64,000 nt of DNA from a phage: sequence record PX880100.1; one strand, 5' to 3'. Position numbers and translations under genes: made by a program. Every line of letters starts with the position of its first letter. Within the stretch, counting starts at the first letter, position 1. The notes under the pieces were generated by a model. The model was not told the DNA's origin. It saw only the letters and a list, made by a program, of their open reading frames with translations, and made no database searches. Below, in pieces: positions 56,316-64,000 of the stretch.

Positions 56316-57461
56316 ATGACTACTTTACTAAACCTGAATTGGGATCATACTAACGCTGATCTTTTCCTGGGCGATTCTCTAGGTATCGCAGATTATGTAC
56401 GTGTAGCACATCCAGAACTAGAACGTCTGGCACTTCTGCAACGCTCTCAATTTTGGACTGAAACTGAAATCAGTCTGGAAGCAGATAAGAAACAATGGCC
56501 CAATCTCCCACGTGAAATCCAGGAAATCACACTCCTGAACTTAGCATGGCAGACTCAAACAGATTCCTTTATCAGTCGTGCTCCTGAAGCAGCTATTATG
56601 CCGCTTGTAAGCCGTCCAGAATTGGAAGGTATGCTCAAGCAGTGGAGCTATTTTGAAGACCTGCATAGTCGTGCTTATAGTAATATTATTCGTAATGTGC
56701 TGACTGATCCAGCAGAATTTATTGATTCTGTAACCAAAAACCAAGAAGCATTCGCACGTATCGCTGATTCTGTTGAGCTGTTCGATGAACTGTACCAGTT
56801 AGGTCAGTATTTCATCGCGGTACGTGATCATCGTGGTGACAATACATATCCAGAAACTGAGTTCCCTGAAGTTAAGCGTGAAACTCAGGCTAAACTGTTA
56901 GATGCTTATTTTGCAATCTACGGTCTGGAAGCAATGCAGTTCTACGCATCCTTTGCATGTACTTTTGCTCTAGCAGAGAACGATATTCTGCAAGGTATTG
57001 CTAAAAATCTGCAATTAATCGCTAAAGATGAGGCTCTGCACACCCAGATGTCTAAAACAATCATCCAGATTATGTTCCAGCAGTTTGACAAAGATCTGGT
57101 AGATGAAGCAGTGGCTAAAGCACCAGCACAGCTCCTGAAAACTCTAAAAACTGAGATTGAATGGGGTCATTTCATTTTCAAAGGTCGTAGTCTGATTGGT
57201 TTGAATGCAGAACTTCTAGAAGAATACTTGTACTTTGTGGGGCGTAATGCATTTATGCACATTGGTGTAGAATGGCCTAGTCACTTACCAGTAATCACTA
57301 AAAACCCTATTCCGTGGATCATGAACTGGTTGGATACTACTTCTCTACAGCCTGCTCCACAAGAAATCCAGATTGGTGCAGCCTACCGTGTAGGTCAGGT
57401 AACTGAGACCTCTACTGATACTCTGGAAGATCTGGGCAATGAATTTGGAGATTTCCTATGA
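56316..57461 (+). CDS. nrdB: ribonucleoside-diphosphate reductase small subunit (381 aa)
   Basis: Di-iron/tyrosyl radical subunit blocks (FEDLHSRAYSNII; EALHTQM) and correct position after nrdA. Confidence 0.85.
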   Translation: MTTLLNLNWDHTNADLFLGDSLGIADYVRVAHPELERLALLQRSQFWTETEISLEADKKQWPNLPREIQEITLLNLAWQTQTDSFISRAPEAAIMPLVSRPELEGMLKQWSYFEDLHSRAYSNIIRNVLTDPAEFIDSVTKNQEAFARIADSVELFDELYQLGQYFIAVRDHRGDNTYPETEFPEVKRETQAKLLDAYFAIYGLEAMQFYASFACTFALAENDILQGIAKNLQLIAKDEALHTQMSKTIIQIMFQQFDKDLVDEAVAKAPAQLLKTLKTEIEWGHFIFKGRSLIGLNAELLEEYLYFVGRNAFMHIGVEWPSHLPVITKNPIPWIMNWLDTTSLQPAPQEIQIGAAYRVGQVTETSTDTLEDLGNEFGDFL

Positions 57462-57991
57462 TTACAGCAATGTATGCAGTTGGGCCGAATGGGGAGTTCG
57501 GCCTCCGAGGTAAGCTTCCCTGGGGTTCTTTTAAAGAAGAACTAGATGCTTTTTATTCACAATTAGATGTACTAAATCCTGATAATATTATTATTGGGGC
57601 AGGTACTTATTTAGCTCTTCCATATGCCGTTAGGGAACGTATGATTGGAGCTTCTGACCTATTTATTCGTGCTGATCGTCCACTGCCAGATGATATTACA
57701 CATGATATTTACACTCCCATATCAATGATAGGTGATACATTACCTACTTTTCTAAAAGATCAGCAAACAGTAGTTCTAGGTGGAGCTAATCTTCTTCTAG
57801 AAATGTATCAACATGGGCATATTGAAAGTGCTTTTGTATCTACAATCTTTAGTGAACAGAAGCTAGAGGCAGATACACACCTAGATAGTATGATACTGGA
57901 TTATAACTATGAATCCACTCGATTAGTCTATGCAGTTGGCGCAAACAGTGATAACAGCCTGCGATTTGTACAGGAATTGGTTACTTATTAA
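57458..57991 (+). CDS. dihydrofolate reductase (177 aa)
   Basis: DHFR-like blocks: N-terminal ...GKLPW, IIIGAGTY, VVLGGANLL, DTHL; sits between nrdB and thyA. Confidence 0.6.
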   Translation: MITAMYAVGPNGEFGLRGKLPWGSFKEELDAFYSQLDVLNPDNIIIGAGTYLALPYAVRERMIGASDLFIRADRPLPDDITHDIYTPISMIGDTLPTFLKDQQTVVLGGANLLLEMYQHGHIESAFVSTIFSEQKLEADTHLDSMILDYNYESTRLVYAVGANSDNSLRFVQELVTY

Positions 57992-58830
57992 TGCAACAAT
58001 ACTTAAAAATTTTGACAGATGTAATTTTACTAGGTGAACCCCGTAATGACCGTACAGGAACAGGCACAGTTTCAATTTTTGATTCCTATGCTAAGTTTGA
58101 CCTACGTGAAGGGTTCCCGGCTGTAACTACTAAACGCCTGGCCTGGAAATCAGTAGTAGGAGAACTCTTATGGTTCCTATCTGGGTCTACAAATCTCCAT
58201 GATCTGCGTGTATTCACATTTGGTCGTGACGAAGGACAGTGGACTATCTGGACCCCAAATTATGAAGACCAAGCTATAAGTATGGGGTATGATAAGGGTA
58301 ACCTAGGACCAGTATATGGTAAACAGTGGCGTAACTTTGGTGGGCGAGATCAGATTCTAGAACTTATTGAAGGACTCAAGAATAATCCTCATGGCCGCAG
58401 ACATCTAGTTTCTGCATGGAACGTAGCTGAACTAGACAAAATGGCGTTACCACCATGTCACTACGGCTTCCAGTGTTATGTAAGTAACGATGGATACCTA
58501 GATCTTAAATGGACACAACGTTCTGTAGATTGTTTCCTCGGTTTACCTTTCAATATTGCTAGTTATGCTTTATTAACGCATATATTAGCAAAACTGACAG
58601 GATTAAAACCTCGTTATCTTATCTTTAGTGGCGGTGATACTCATATCTATAATGACCACATGGAACAGGTAGAAGAACAGGTAAAACGTAAACCTCGTGC
58701 TTTACCTACTCTAGTAATGCCAGAGTTTGTAGATCTTTACGATTTATTAGAAAATAATACGGCAGCTTGGTCATTCCATTTAGAGGGGTATGATCCTCAC
58801 CCAGCTCTTAAAGCTAAGATGTCTTCTTAA
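57991..58830 (+). CDS. thyA: thymidylate synthase (279 aa)
   Basis: Active-site region MALPPCHYGFQCYV with catalytic Cys, plus other ThyA blocks (GDTHIYNDH). Confidence 0.9.
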   Translation: MQQYLKILTDVILLGEPRNDRTGTGTVSIFDSYAKFDLREGFPAVTTKRLAWKSVVGELLWFLSGSTNLHDLRVFTFGRDEGQWTIWTPNYEDQAISMGYDKGNLGPVYGKQWRNFGGRDQILELIEGLKNNPHGRRHLVSAWNVAELDKMALPPCHYGFQCYVSNDGYLDLKWTQRSVDCFLGLPFNIASYALLTHILAKLTGLKPRYLIFSGGDTHIYNDHMEQVEEQVKRKPRALPTLVMPEFVDLYDLLENNTAAWSFHLEGYDPHPALKAKMSS

Positions 58831-58835
58831 CTCAA

Positions 58836-58860
58836 ATAGCCCTTCGGGGCTATTATATTT
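58836..58860 (+). terminator. rho-independent terminator after thyA
   Basis: 7-bp stem ATAGCCC/GGGCTAT with TTCG loop followed by TATATTT. Confidence 0.6.
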
Positions 58861-58868
58861 AAATTTCA

Positions 58869-58898
58869 TTTGCTTACTGAGTGAAATTTAGATATAAT
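58869..58898 (+). promoter_or_regulatory. sigma70-type promoter
   Basis: TTGCTT, 18-bp spacer, TATAAT. Confidence 0.55.
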
Positions 58899-58922
58899 AT
58901 ATTTTATAAATCGGAGACAACT

Positions 58923-59177
58923 ATGGGACTCTTTAAAAAGAAAGTTTATTTAACACAAAGTCAAGAACGTAGGTTCTTAGCTCTGTCTCAATATTATCAC
59001 TTACCTTTCGATCATTTTGTAGAACGGGCGTTAGAACAATTCCTAGAAAAGGAATTAAAGGCAATTAGACCTGAACCGCCAAGAGTACCAAATGATGCAC
59101 AGAGAGGTCATCCATGTATTCCTCCTATGCCGCCAATTCCTCCAGCGACTAGGGTAATTATAGAAGGCGAAAACTAA
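58923..59177 (+). CDS. hypothetical protein, possible ribbon-helix-helix DNA-binding fold (84 aa)
   Basis: ATG at 58923 with RBS GGAG; beta-strand-like KKVYLTQSQ followed by two predicted helices; Pro-rich C-terminus. The track ORF starts at a GTG inside the promoter. Confidence 0.3.
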   Translation: MGLFKKKVYLTQSQERRFLALSQYYHLPFDHFVERALEQFLEKELKAIRPEPPRVPNDAQRGHPCIPPMPPIPPATRVIIEGEN

Positions 59178-59446
59178 TGTCTATTCTTTTATCTGCTTTA
59201 GAAGCAAAACAAAATACTATTGCTGTTATTAAACAGGAAGTACTTAATCTAGAGTCACTTATTGCCGTAGAGATTGATAAAGCAATCAAAGAAAAAGAAT
59301 TTAACTGCCATATTCAGGGATTAACTGAATATTCAGAAAACGCCAGAAACAGCGTTATGCAACGACTCACTAAACTAGGCTATGTCGTAGAAGCTAAGTA
59401 TGAGCAGCGTGAAGGTTTTTGGCTTGAAATTGACTGGAGCAAATAA
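59177..59446 (+). CDS. hypothetical protein (89 aa)
   Basis: TAATG-coupled to the flanking genes. Confidence 0.3.
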   Translation: MSILLSALEAKQNTIAVIKQEVLNLESLIAVEIDKAIKEKEFNCHIQGLTEYSENARNSVMQRLTKLGYVVEAKYEQREGFWLEIDWSK

Positions 59447-59922
59447 TGTCGGTTTTCCACATTTACACAGATGGTGCTTGTAAGTCTAACCCAGGTCCAG
59501 GTGCTTGGGGTTTTATTGTCTATGATGATAACGACGATCGTTTAGGTTCTAAATCTGGTTATAATCCTAAAACTACAAATAATGAGATGGAACTCACAGC
59601 TATTGTAGAAGCTCTACGTTGGTCTGTTAAAAAAGATAATAGACCAATTGCTATCTATACTGACTCTGCTTATTGCAAAAATGGCATGGAAAGTTGGATG
59701 TTTTCTTGGCAAAAGAAAGGCTGGAAGAAAGCAGATGGTGAAGTTCCTCTTAATCTAGAACTTTGGCAGGAAGCATTTAAATTAACACAGCAGTATATCA
59801 ACTTTCATAATACTAATCCTACCTTTATTAAGGTTAAAGGGCATTCTGGTATTAGTGGTAATGAAGCTGTAGATGCATTGTGTAATACAGTTATTACCGA
59901 GCAAGAACTTGCCGATATGTAA
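59446..59922 (+). CDS. rnhA: ribonuclease H (158 aa)
   Basis: RNase HI blocks: IYTDGACKSNPGPGAWGF, TNNEMELTAIVEAL, IYTDSAY, VKGHSGISGNEAVDAL. Confidence 0.85.
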   Translation: MSVFHIYTDGACKSNPGPGAWGFIVYDDNDDRLGSKSGYNPKTTNNEMELTAIVEALRWSVKKDNRPIAIYTDSAYCKNGMESWMFSWQKKGWKKADGEVPLNLELWQEAFKLTQQYINFHNTNPTFIKVKGHSGISGNEAVDALCNTVITEQELADM

Positions 59923-59943
59923 TAAATAAATTAAAAATTTTCT

Positions 59944-59971
59944 TGCTTAAAGCCCTCTAATTTAGTATAAT
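59944..59971 (+). promoter_or_regulatory. sigma70-type promoter
   Basis: TTGCTT, 16-bp spacer, TATAAT; RBS GTGAGGAGGG before ATG 59999. Confidence 0.5.
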
Positions 59972-59998
59972 ATTCGTATTGAAAGTGAGGAGGGCTTT

Positions 59999-60277
59999 AT
60001 GCGAATTTATAACTCAAATTCACTAGGATTTAAACCATTGAGAAAACGTGCACAATCACCTCGTCAAATAAGAAAGGCTAATATTGGTGAGCCAGAAACA
60101 CGTCTTCCACCCCCTCCAGAACAACGTTTAGTTTATCTGGACGAAGAATTAGCTAAACGCGAAAGAAAAGCTCAAGAAGAGATTGAGCGTAAGAAAATGT
60201 GTACTGCTCCGGCGTATAATAAAGGAGCGTATCAATATGTCTCAGATGCTGAACAAGCTAAGATGGTTGGTAGATAA
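59999..60277 (+). CDS. hypothetical protein (92 aa)
   Basis: Monocistronic unit with its own promoter and RBS. Confidence 0.35.
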   Translation: MRIYNSNSLGFKPLRKRAQSPRQIRKANIGEPETRLPPPPEQRLVYLDEELAKRERKAQEEIERKKMCTAPAYNKGAYQYVSDAEQAKMVGR

Positions 60278-60293
60278 TTTTTAAAAAATTCAT

Positions 60294-60322
60294 TTGCTAA
60301 ACGCTTCAAATTCTCGTATAAT
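60294..60322 (+). promoter_or_regulatory. sigma70-type promoter with conserved leader
   Basis: TTGCTA, 17-bp spacer, TATAAT, leader TTCATAAATTGATAAACAAAAAGGAAAACAAATA before ATG 60361. Confidence 0.6.
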
Positions 60323-60360
60323 ATACTTCATAAATTGATAAACAAAAAGGAAAACAAATA

Positions 60361-60876
60361 ATGGCTAAGCAGAAAAACGCAAAAACTCAAGCAGCTCCGG
60401 CAGTTAAAACTTTCCCGCAGACTGAGGCTAATCGCAAAGCTCGTCTGGAACGTCACCTGCGTAAGCATCCTACCGATGCTCAGGCTGCTCAAGCACTGAA
60501 TAATCCGGCTCCGATTCGTCAGAAGCCTAAAGCTAAAAATGCCACCCGTAAATCCTACAAAATGGTTATGTATGTAGAAAATTACGGACACAAATCTGTC
60601 CCAGTTTCCCTGAGCTTCAACGCTGGGGCTGAATTGTTCTCTCGTAATGGTATGTCTATGAAAGACTATGAGAAGGCAGTTAACCAGAAACGTAAACCAA
60701 CAGCAGATGTATTGCGTGATACTCGTGGACAGTTTGGTTCTGTTAAGCCAAATATCTTTGGCGTAGAGTATAGTAAAGATAATGTTCGTGCTCTGTGTTA
60801 CGGTGTAGGCATTAAGTTCACGGGTGATTCTGCTCGTAAATCTGCTAAACCAGCTCGCAAGCGTAAAGCGAAGTAA
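60361..60876 (+). CDS. highly basic protein (171 aa) with host-optimised codon usage
   Basis: Lys/Arg-rich termini (AKQKNAKTQAAPAVK...; ...SARKSAKPARKRKAK); codon usage dominated by cgt/ctg/aaa. Confidence 0.45.
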   Translation: MAKQKNAKTQAAPAVKTFPQTEANRKARLERHLRKHPTDAQAAQALNNPAPIRQKPKAKNATRKSYKMVMYVENYGHKSVPVSLSFNAGAELFSRNGMSMKDYEKAVNQKRKPTADVLRDTRGQFGSVKPNIFGVEYSKDNVRALCYGVGIKFTGDSARKSAKPARKRKAK

Positions 60877-60939
60877 TAGATAAATAGGGGCAGAAGCCCC
60901 TACAATCTACTAATTCTCTAACTAATCAAGGATATTTTT

Positions 60940-61155
60940 ATGTTCTCTAAGAAACCACGCTCCGTTACTGAAATCGTTGCTTCCTTTACCACTATCACTG
61001 ATGAGCTTCAAGCTCGTATTGAGGCTGATCAAAAAATTGCTGCGGATATTCAGAAACAGCAGGAAGAACTCGCTTTAAAGTTGGCTGAAACCAACAAGAG
61101 TGAAAAATCTGCCCAAACTATTATGGAAAATATCCTTAAACTGCTGGGCAAGTGA
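60940..61155 (+). CDS. hypothetical protein (71 aa)
   Basis: Small helical ORF; followed by the hairpin at 61164-61187. Confidence 0.3.
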   Translation: MFSKKPRSVTEIVASFTTITDELQARIEADQKIAADIQKQQEELALKLAETNKSEKSAQTIMENILKLLGK

Positions 61156-61163
61156 TTTAAATC

Positions 61164-61187
61164 AGGGGGCGAAAGCCCCTCTTATTT
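61164..61187 (+). terminator. terminator-like hairpin
   Basis: Stem GGGGC/GCCCC with GAAA loop followed by CTTATTT. Confidence 0.45.
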
Positions 61188-61196
61188 GGAGAAACT

Positions 61197-61433
61197 ATGC
61201 GTAATTTTGTAGCAAAGAATGATTTTAACCGTGCTAGCACTCATAAGTCCGCTAGAGATTATACACGACTTTCTAGTCATGAGGTAATGGATACCTGTTA
61301 TGAAGAGCTGGAAGGTAGCTGGAATGAGTGGCCCGACTTCTCTATGGAAGAGAACTGGGATGTCAGTGAGGATATGCTTCCTGGTTTTAAAGACCCCAAG
61401 AAGTGGGAGTCTATTAAAGAGACAGCTCTTTAA
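61197..61433 (+). CDS. hypothetical protein (78 aa)
   Basis: ATG 61197 with GGAGAAA upstream. Confidence 0.3.
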   Translation: MRNFVAKNDFNRASTHKSARDYTRLSSHEVMDTCYEELEGSWNEWPDFSMEENWDVSEDMLPGFKDPKKWESIKETAL

Positions 61434-61461
61434 TAGTTTTCTACACAATAAAGGATAAGTT

Positions 61462-62163
61462 ATGAAAGTAAAACCATTTGGTATGCTAGATATTGAATCT
61501 CTGGGAACTCCAGGAGATTGTGGTACTACTCATATCGCAATGCCTTCTTTCGCTTTTGTGGCTATGCATGGAATTGATAAAGACCCTGATCTAATATTTG
61601 TTACTTTGGATGTACAAGATCAGCTTAATTCTGGTGCCAAAGTTACAGCATCTACTCTAGCATTCTGGATGGATCAAGCTAAAAATAGCCCGTCTGCTAT
61701 CCACATTATGGAAGCTATGAAGGAACGTAATCCAAAACTGATTGCCTTCCAAAATGGTAAACATCATTGCACTAATAAACTCGGCTCTAACTATGCTGCC
61801 TACTCTATGGCTAAAAATATTATGGAGTTGGCTTTAGGCGAAAATGCTTTGTATTATGGCAACGGTCCAGAGTTTGATATGACTATCTACTCTGCAAACA
61901 CGTTCCATGCTGGAACCAATGAAGAGGTAGTTCCGTGGAAATTCTGGAATTTGGGTAATGTTCGATCTCTTCGTAACCTCTGGATGCAAGCTGGATACAG
62001 TTATAAAGCTCTAGAGACCGAAGGTATTAGCTGGGCAATAGCTAAAATGGAGAAGATGGACACCATTCGTTATGGGATCTATCCGGTTAAGCACGACCCA
62101 GCATTTGATGCCTTAGTTGAAAGCTATTGTGTTGCAGCTATGATCGAAAAAATGAAAATTTGA
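61462..62163 (+). CDS. putative DEDDh-type 3'-5' exonuclease (233 aa)
   Basis: N-terminal Exo I-like MLDIESLGT and C-terminal Exo III-like H-x4-D (VKHDPAFDALVESY); the middle motif was not identified. Confidence 0.4.
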   Translation: MKVKPFGMLDIESLGTPGDCGTTHIAMPSFAFVAMHGIDKDPDLIFVTLDVQDQLNSGAKVTASTLAFWMDQAKNSPSAIHIMEAMKERNPKLIAFQNGKHHCTNKLGSNYAAYSMAKNIMELALGENALYYGNGPEFDMTIYSANTFHAGTNEEVVPWKFWNLGNVRSLRNLWMQAGYSYKALETEGISWAIAKMEKMDTIRYGIYPVKHDPAFDALVESYCVAAMIEKMKI

Positions 62164-62164
62164 T

Positions 62165-62193
62165 TTGCTTCCGGCCCCAAAATTCTGTATAAT
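62165..62193 (+). promoter_or_regulatory. sigma70-type promoter with conserved leader
   Basis: TTGCTT, 17-bp spacer, extended -10 TGTATAAT, leader TTCATAAATTTGAGAAAACAACAAAAGGAAAACAAAT before ATG 62234. Confidence 0.6.
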
Positions 62194-62233
62194 ATATTCA
62201 TAAATTTGAGAAAACAACAAAAGGAAAACAAAT

Positions 62234-62416
62234 ATGCCAGTATCTAAAAATGTTCGTAAAAATGGTAAGAAAGCTACTCGTAATCTGGGTATCCGTCGTA
62301 TGGCTGAACGTCAATCAGGTGTCCAGAAAATCTTTGATCTGCTAAATCGTGCTAATCCTAAAATTGATAACAGTAAAGATACTGTTCTGCGTACCTTACT
62401 GGCAATGGGTCTGTAA
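62234..62416 (+). CDS. small basic protein (60 aa)
   Basis: Lys/Arg-rich N-terminus; host-optimised codons; own promoter. Confidence 0.35.
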   Translation: MPVSKNVRKNGKKATRNLGIRRMAERQSGVQKIFDLLNRANPKIDNSKDTVLRTLLAMGL

Positions 62417-62468
62417 TAGACCAACTTTAAACAAATTCAAATCTTAAACTTCATATAAGGAAGAAACA

Positions 62469-63107
62469 ATGACCACTCGTATTTCTAAAACTCGTGCTCT
62501 GGCAACCATCAAATCTCTGGAAGCTAAAATCCGTAAAGCTACTGAACAACAGCTTCTGATCGCTGTTGGTGAAGGTAAGGATAAAAACCAGGTTGTAGTT
62601 GGCGCTGCAATCGAAGTAGCTGATCTGTCTACTCGTATTAAGACTGATTTCCAGTCTCTGCTGGATATGATGTCCCAGCGCGATCGTATCAAAGCTGCTC
62701 TGATTAAAAGCAATGCGGAAACAATCGTTGAGATTGGCTCTCGTAAGATGACTGTTGCGGAAGCAATTGAAGCTAAGCGTTCTATGGAACTTAAAGCTCA
62801 ACTGCTGGCTAACATGCGTAAGCAGTTCCATGCCGCTACAGTTAAGTTTAATGCGCAGAAAGCACAGTTTGATGCTAAATATGAGCGTTTGCAGGATAGC
62901 ATGGCTACCCGCGATAAGAAAACTTCCGAAGATGAAGTTAAAATGCAGCTCAACCTGCTGGAACTCAAGAATACTCCATTCTTGATTGATCCGCTGGAAC
63001 TGGAGAAGCTGATTAAGCAGCATGACGAGGAATACCAGGACTTTGCAACAAATGTTGACTTTGTTCTGTCCGAGTCTAACGCCTCTACCTTCATTGAAGT
63101 AGAGTAA
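62469..63107 (+). CDS. hypothetical alpha-helical protein (212 aa) with host-optimised codon usage
   Basis: RBS AAGGAAGAAAC before ATG 62469; helix-rich sequence; cgt/ctg-dominated codons. Confidence 0.45.
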   Translation: MTTRISKTRALATIKSLEAKIRKATEQQLLIAVGEGKDKNQVVVGAAIEVADLSTRIKTDFQSLLDMMSQRDRIKAALIKSNAETIVEIGSRKMTVAEAIEAKRSMELKAQLLANMRKQFHAATVKFNAQKAQFDAKYERLQDSMATRDKKTSEDEVKMQLNLLELKNTPFLIDPLELEKLIKQHDEEYQDFATNVDFVLSESNASTFIEVE

Positions 63108-63490
63108 TAATTTAAAAGCTAGTAAATCGGTAGACGAAAGCCCAAGCATCTTACCTCGCAGCAGCGGTTGAAATACGAGGTTAAATAAGACCGCTGACCA
63201 TACTATAAAGTATAATCTATTGGAGATTATGTTTATTACACCAGCCTTTTAAGCTGACACGTAAGAACAAAGCGTCGTTGATATTACCGACACAACTTCA
63301 AAGATCAACATTTAAGTATGAAAGCTGAAAAGTTTAAAGAACTCAAACTTCTAAACTTCTAAAGCTAAAAGATGCAAAGTATTCGTTGATGATTCAAACC
63401 CTAGATCAAAGGTACATGGCTCATAAGATATGGCCTGTGGCGCCTCTAGGCTGTTTATCGGTTTACTAGTTTCACAATTTAAAAATGTAT

Positions 63491-63519
63491 TTGCTAATTT
63501 ATTAAGTTATCTGTATAAT
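63491..63519 (+). promoter_or_regulatory. sigma70-type promoter
   Basis: TTGCTA, 17-bp spacer, extended -10 TGTATAAT; RBS-like GAGG before ATG 63550. Confidence 0.6.
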
Positions 63520-63549
63520 ATATTTTTAAATTGATGAAACGAGGCTATT

Positions 63550-63867
63550 ATGACTTTTCATATTTTGATTGATGATGTGCGTAATCTTCACGGAATGGAC
63601 ATTATCATTCGAACCCCAGAAGCCGCTGTAGAGTTTCTGAATAAAACTGATACCACCGGCCATTTCGTTTATATGGATAATGACTTGGCTGTAGATGGTA
63701 TGGAAGGTTATCAAATTCTTCGTTTACTCTTAGAATTTGGGCAGAGACCAAAGAAAGTGGTACTAGTAACCTCGAACCCAGTAGCTAAGCAAAATATGCG
63801 TAATGATTTGCTTGACTTAGGGTATAAAGAAAATCCCAATCGTGTTGAATATGATTGGCAGGAGTAA
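63550..63867 (+). CDS. hypothetical protein (105 aa), possible receiver (CheY-like) fold
   Basis: Spacing of ILIDDV (acidic pair), FVYMDNDLAVDGMEGYQIL (candidate phospho-acceptor Asp) and KVVLVTSNP (Thr/Ser) mimics a response-regulator receiver domain; no output domain. Confidence 0.3.
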   Translation: MTFHILIDDVRNLHGMDIIIRTPEAAVEFLNKTDTTGHFVYMDNDLAVDGMEGYQILRLLLEFGQRPKKVVLVTSNPVAKQNMRNDLLDLGYKENPNRVEYDWQE

Positions 63868-63872
63868 AAAGA

Positions 63873-64000
63873 ATGAAGGCAGCTTTGCTTTTAGTAGCTG
63901 CCCTTACCTTCAGCTTTAGTAGTCAGGCATCGCACGATGCAAAAGAAATAGATTGCATTGCTAAAAATATCTATTTCGAAAGTCGTGGTGAGGGCATAAA
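63873..64000 (+). CDS. secreted cell-wall hydrolase-like protein, 3'-truncated by the window
   Basis: Signal-peptide-like N-terminus (MKAALLLVAALTFSFSSQAS) followed by CIAKNIYFESRGEG, which resembles the start of SleB-type hydrolase domains; only 42 codons are visible. Confidence 0.35.
   Translation, partial: MKAALLLVAALTFSFSSQASHDAKEIDCIAKNIYFESRGEGI

Noticed and set aside
59950-59999. 9-bp inverted repeat AAAGCCCTC ... GAGGGCTTT flanking a promoter -10 and RBS
   Set aside because: The loop would be about 30 nt and there is no U-tract; the downstream arm is simply the RBS region (GAGGAGGG) of the next gene, so a terminator or riboswitch call is unsupported.
62451-63149. 232 aa minus-strand ORF antisense to the 212 aa gene at 62469-63107
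   Set aside because: The plus-strand gene has an RBS, a promoter and host-optimised codons; the antisense ORF has none of these.
63162-63200. Hairpin CAGCGGT...ACCGCTG followed by ACCA, considered as a tRNA 3' end
   Set aside because: Only about 39 nt with a single stem; no D-arm, anticodon arm or T-loop could be found, so it is not a tRNA. I found no convincing tRNA in any intergenic region, although a covariance-model scan was not possible.
1-64000. CRISPR arrays, integrase/attachment sites, transposase genes
   Set aside because: No regularly spaced direct repeats with unique spacers, no tyrosine/serine recombinase-like ORF and no terminal inverted repeats were seen; gene content is that of a virulent T5-like phage.

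Overview
This window reads as a contiguous segment of a T5-like siphovirus genome (Tequintavirus-type, closest in layout to T5/DT57C-like coliphages); I found no convincing tRNA, rRNA, CRISPR array or transposon. All calls rest on motif reading, protein lengths and gene order recalled from phage T5, not on database searches. Layout: (i) 1-24.5 kb, plus strand, late structural module: HNH endonuclease, portal, Ig-like decoration protein, prohead protease, major capsid protein, head/tail joining proteins, tail tube, chaperones, tape measure, distal tail protein, baseplate hub, pb4-like protein, collar and two tail-fibre genes with C-terminal autoproteolytic chaperone domains. (ii) 24.5-51.9 kb, minus strand, early replication/recombination module: dUTPase, flap endonuclease, SbcCD-like pair, HNH endonuclease, SSB-like protein, SF2 helicase, DNA polymerase, DnaG-like primase, DnaB-like helicase, split NAD-dependent ligase, PC4-like protein, a 929-955 aa P-loop helicase, a Sir2-like/HAD-like operon and NrdD. 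(iii) 52-64 kb, plus strand, early nucleotide-metabolism genes (PhoH, NrdA, HNH, NrdB, DHFR, ThyA, RNase H) followed by small monocistronic units. Almost every transcription unit carries a near-consensus sigma70 promoter (TTGCTT/TTGCTA-17-TATAAT) of the classic T5 type. I could not identify a clearly novel multi-gene system; the most unusual items are the Sir2-like/HAD-like/paralogue operon with one paralogue frameshifted at an A7 run, a ~500 bp ORF-free GC-richer leader upstream of the large helicase gene, a conserved motif after three late-region terminators, an orphan receiver-like protein, and a set of small basic proteins with host-optimised codon usage. ORF coordinates follow the supplied track (stop codon included) except where an internal ATG/GTG with a Shine-Dalgarno sequence was clearly the better start.
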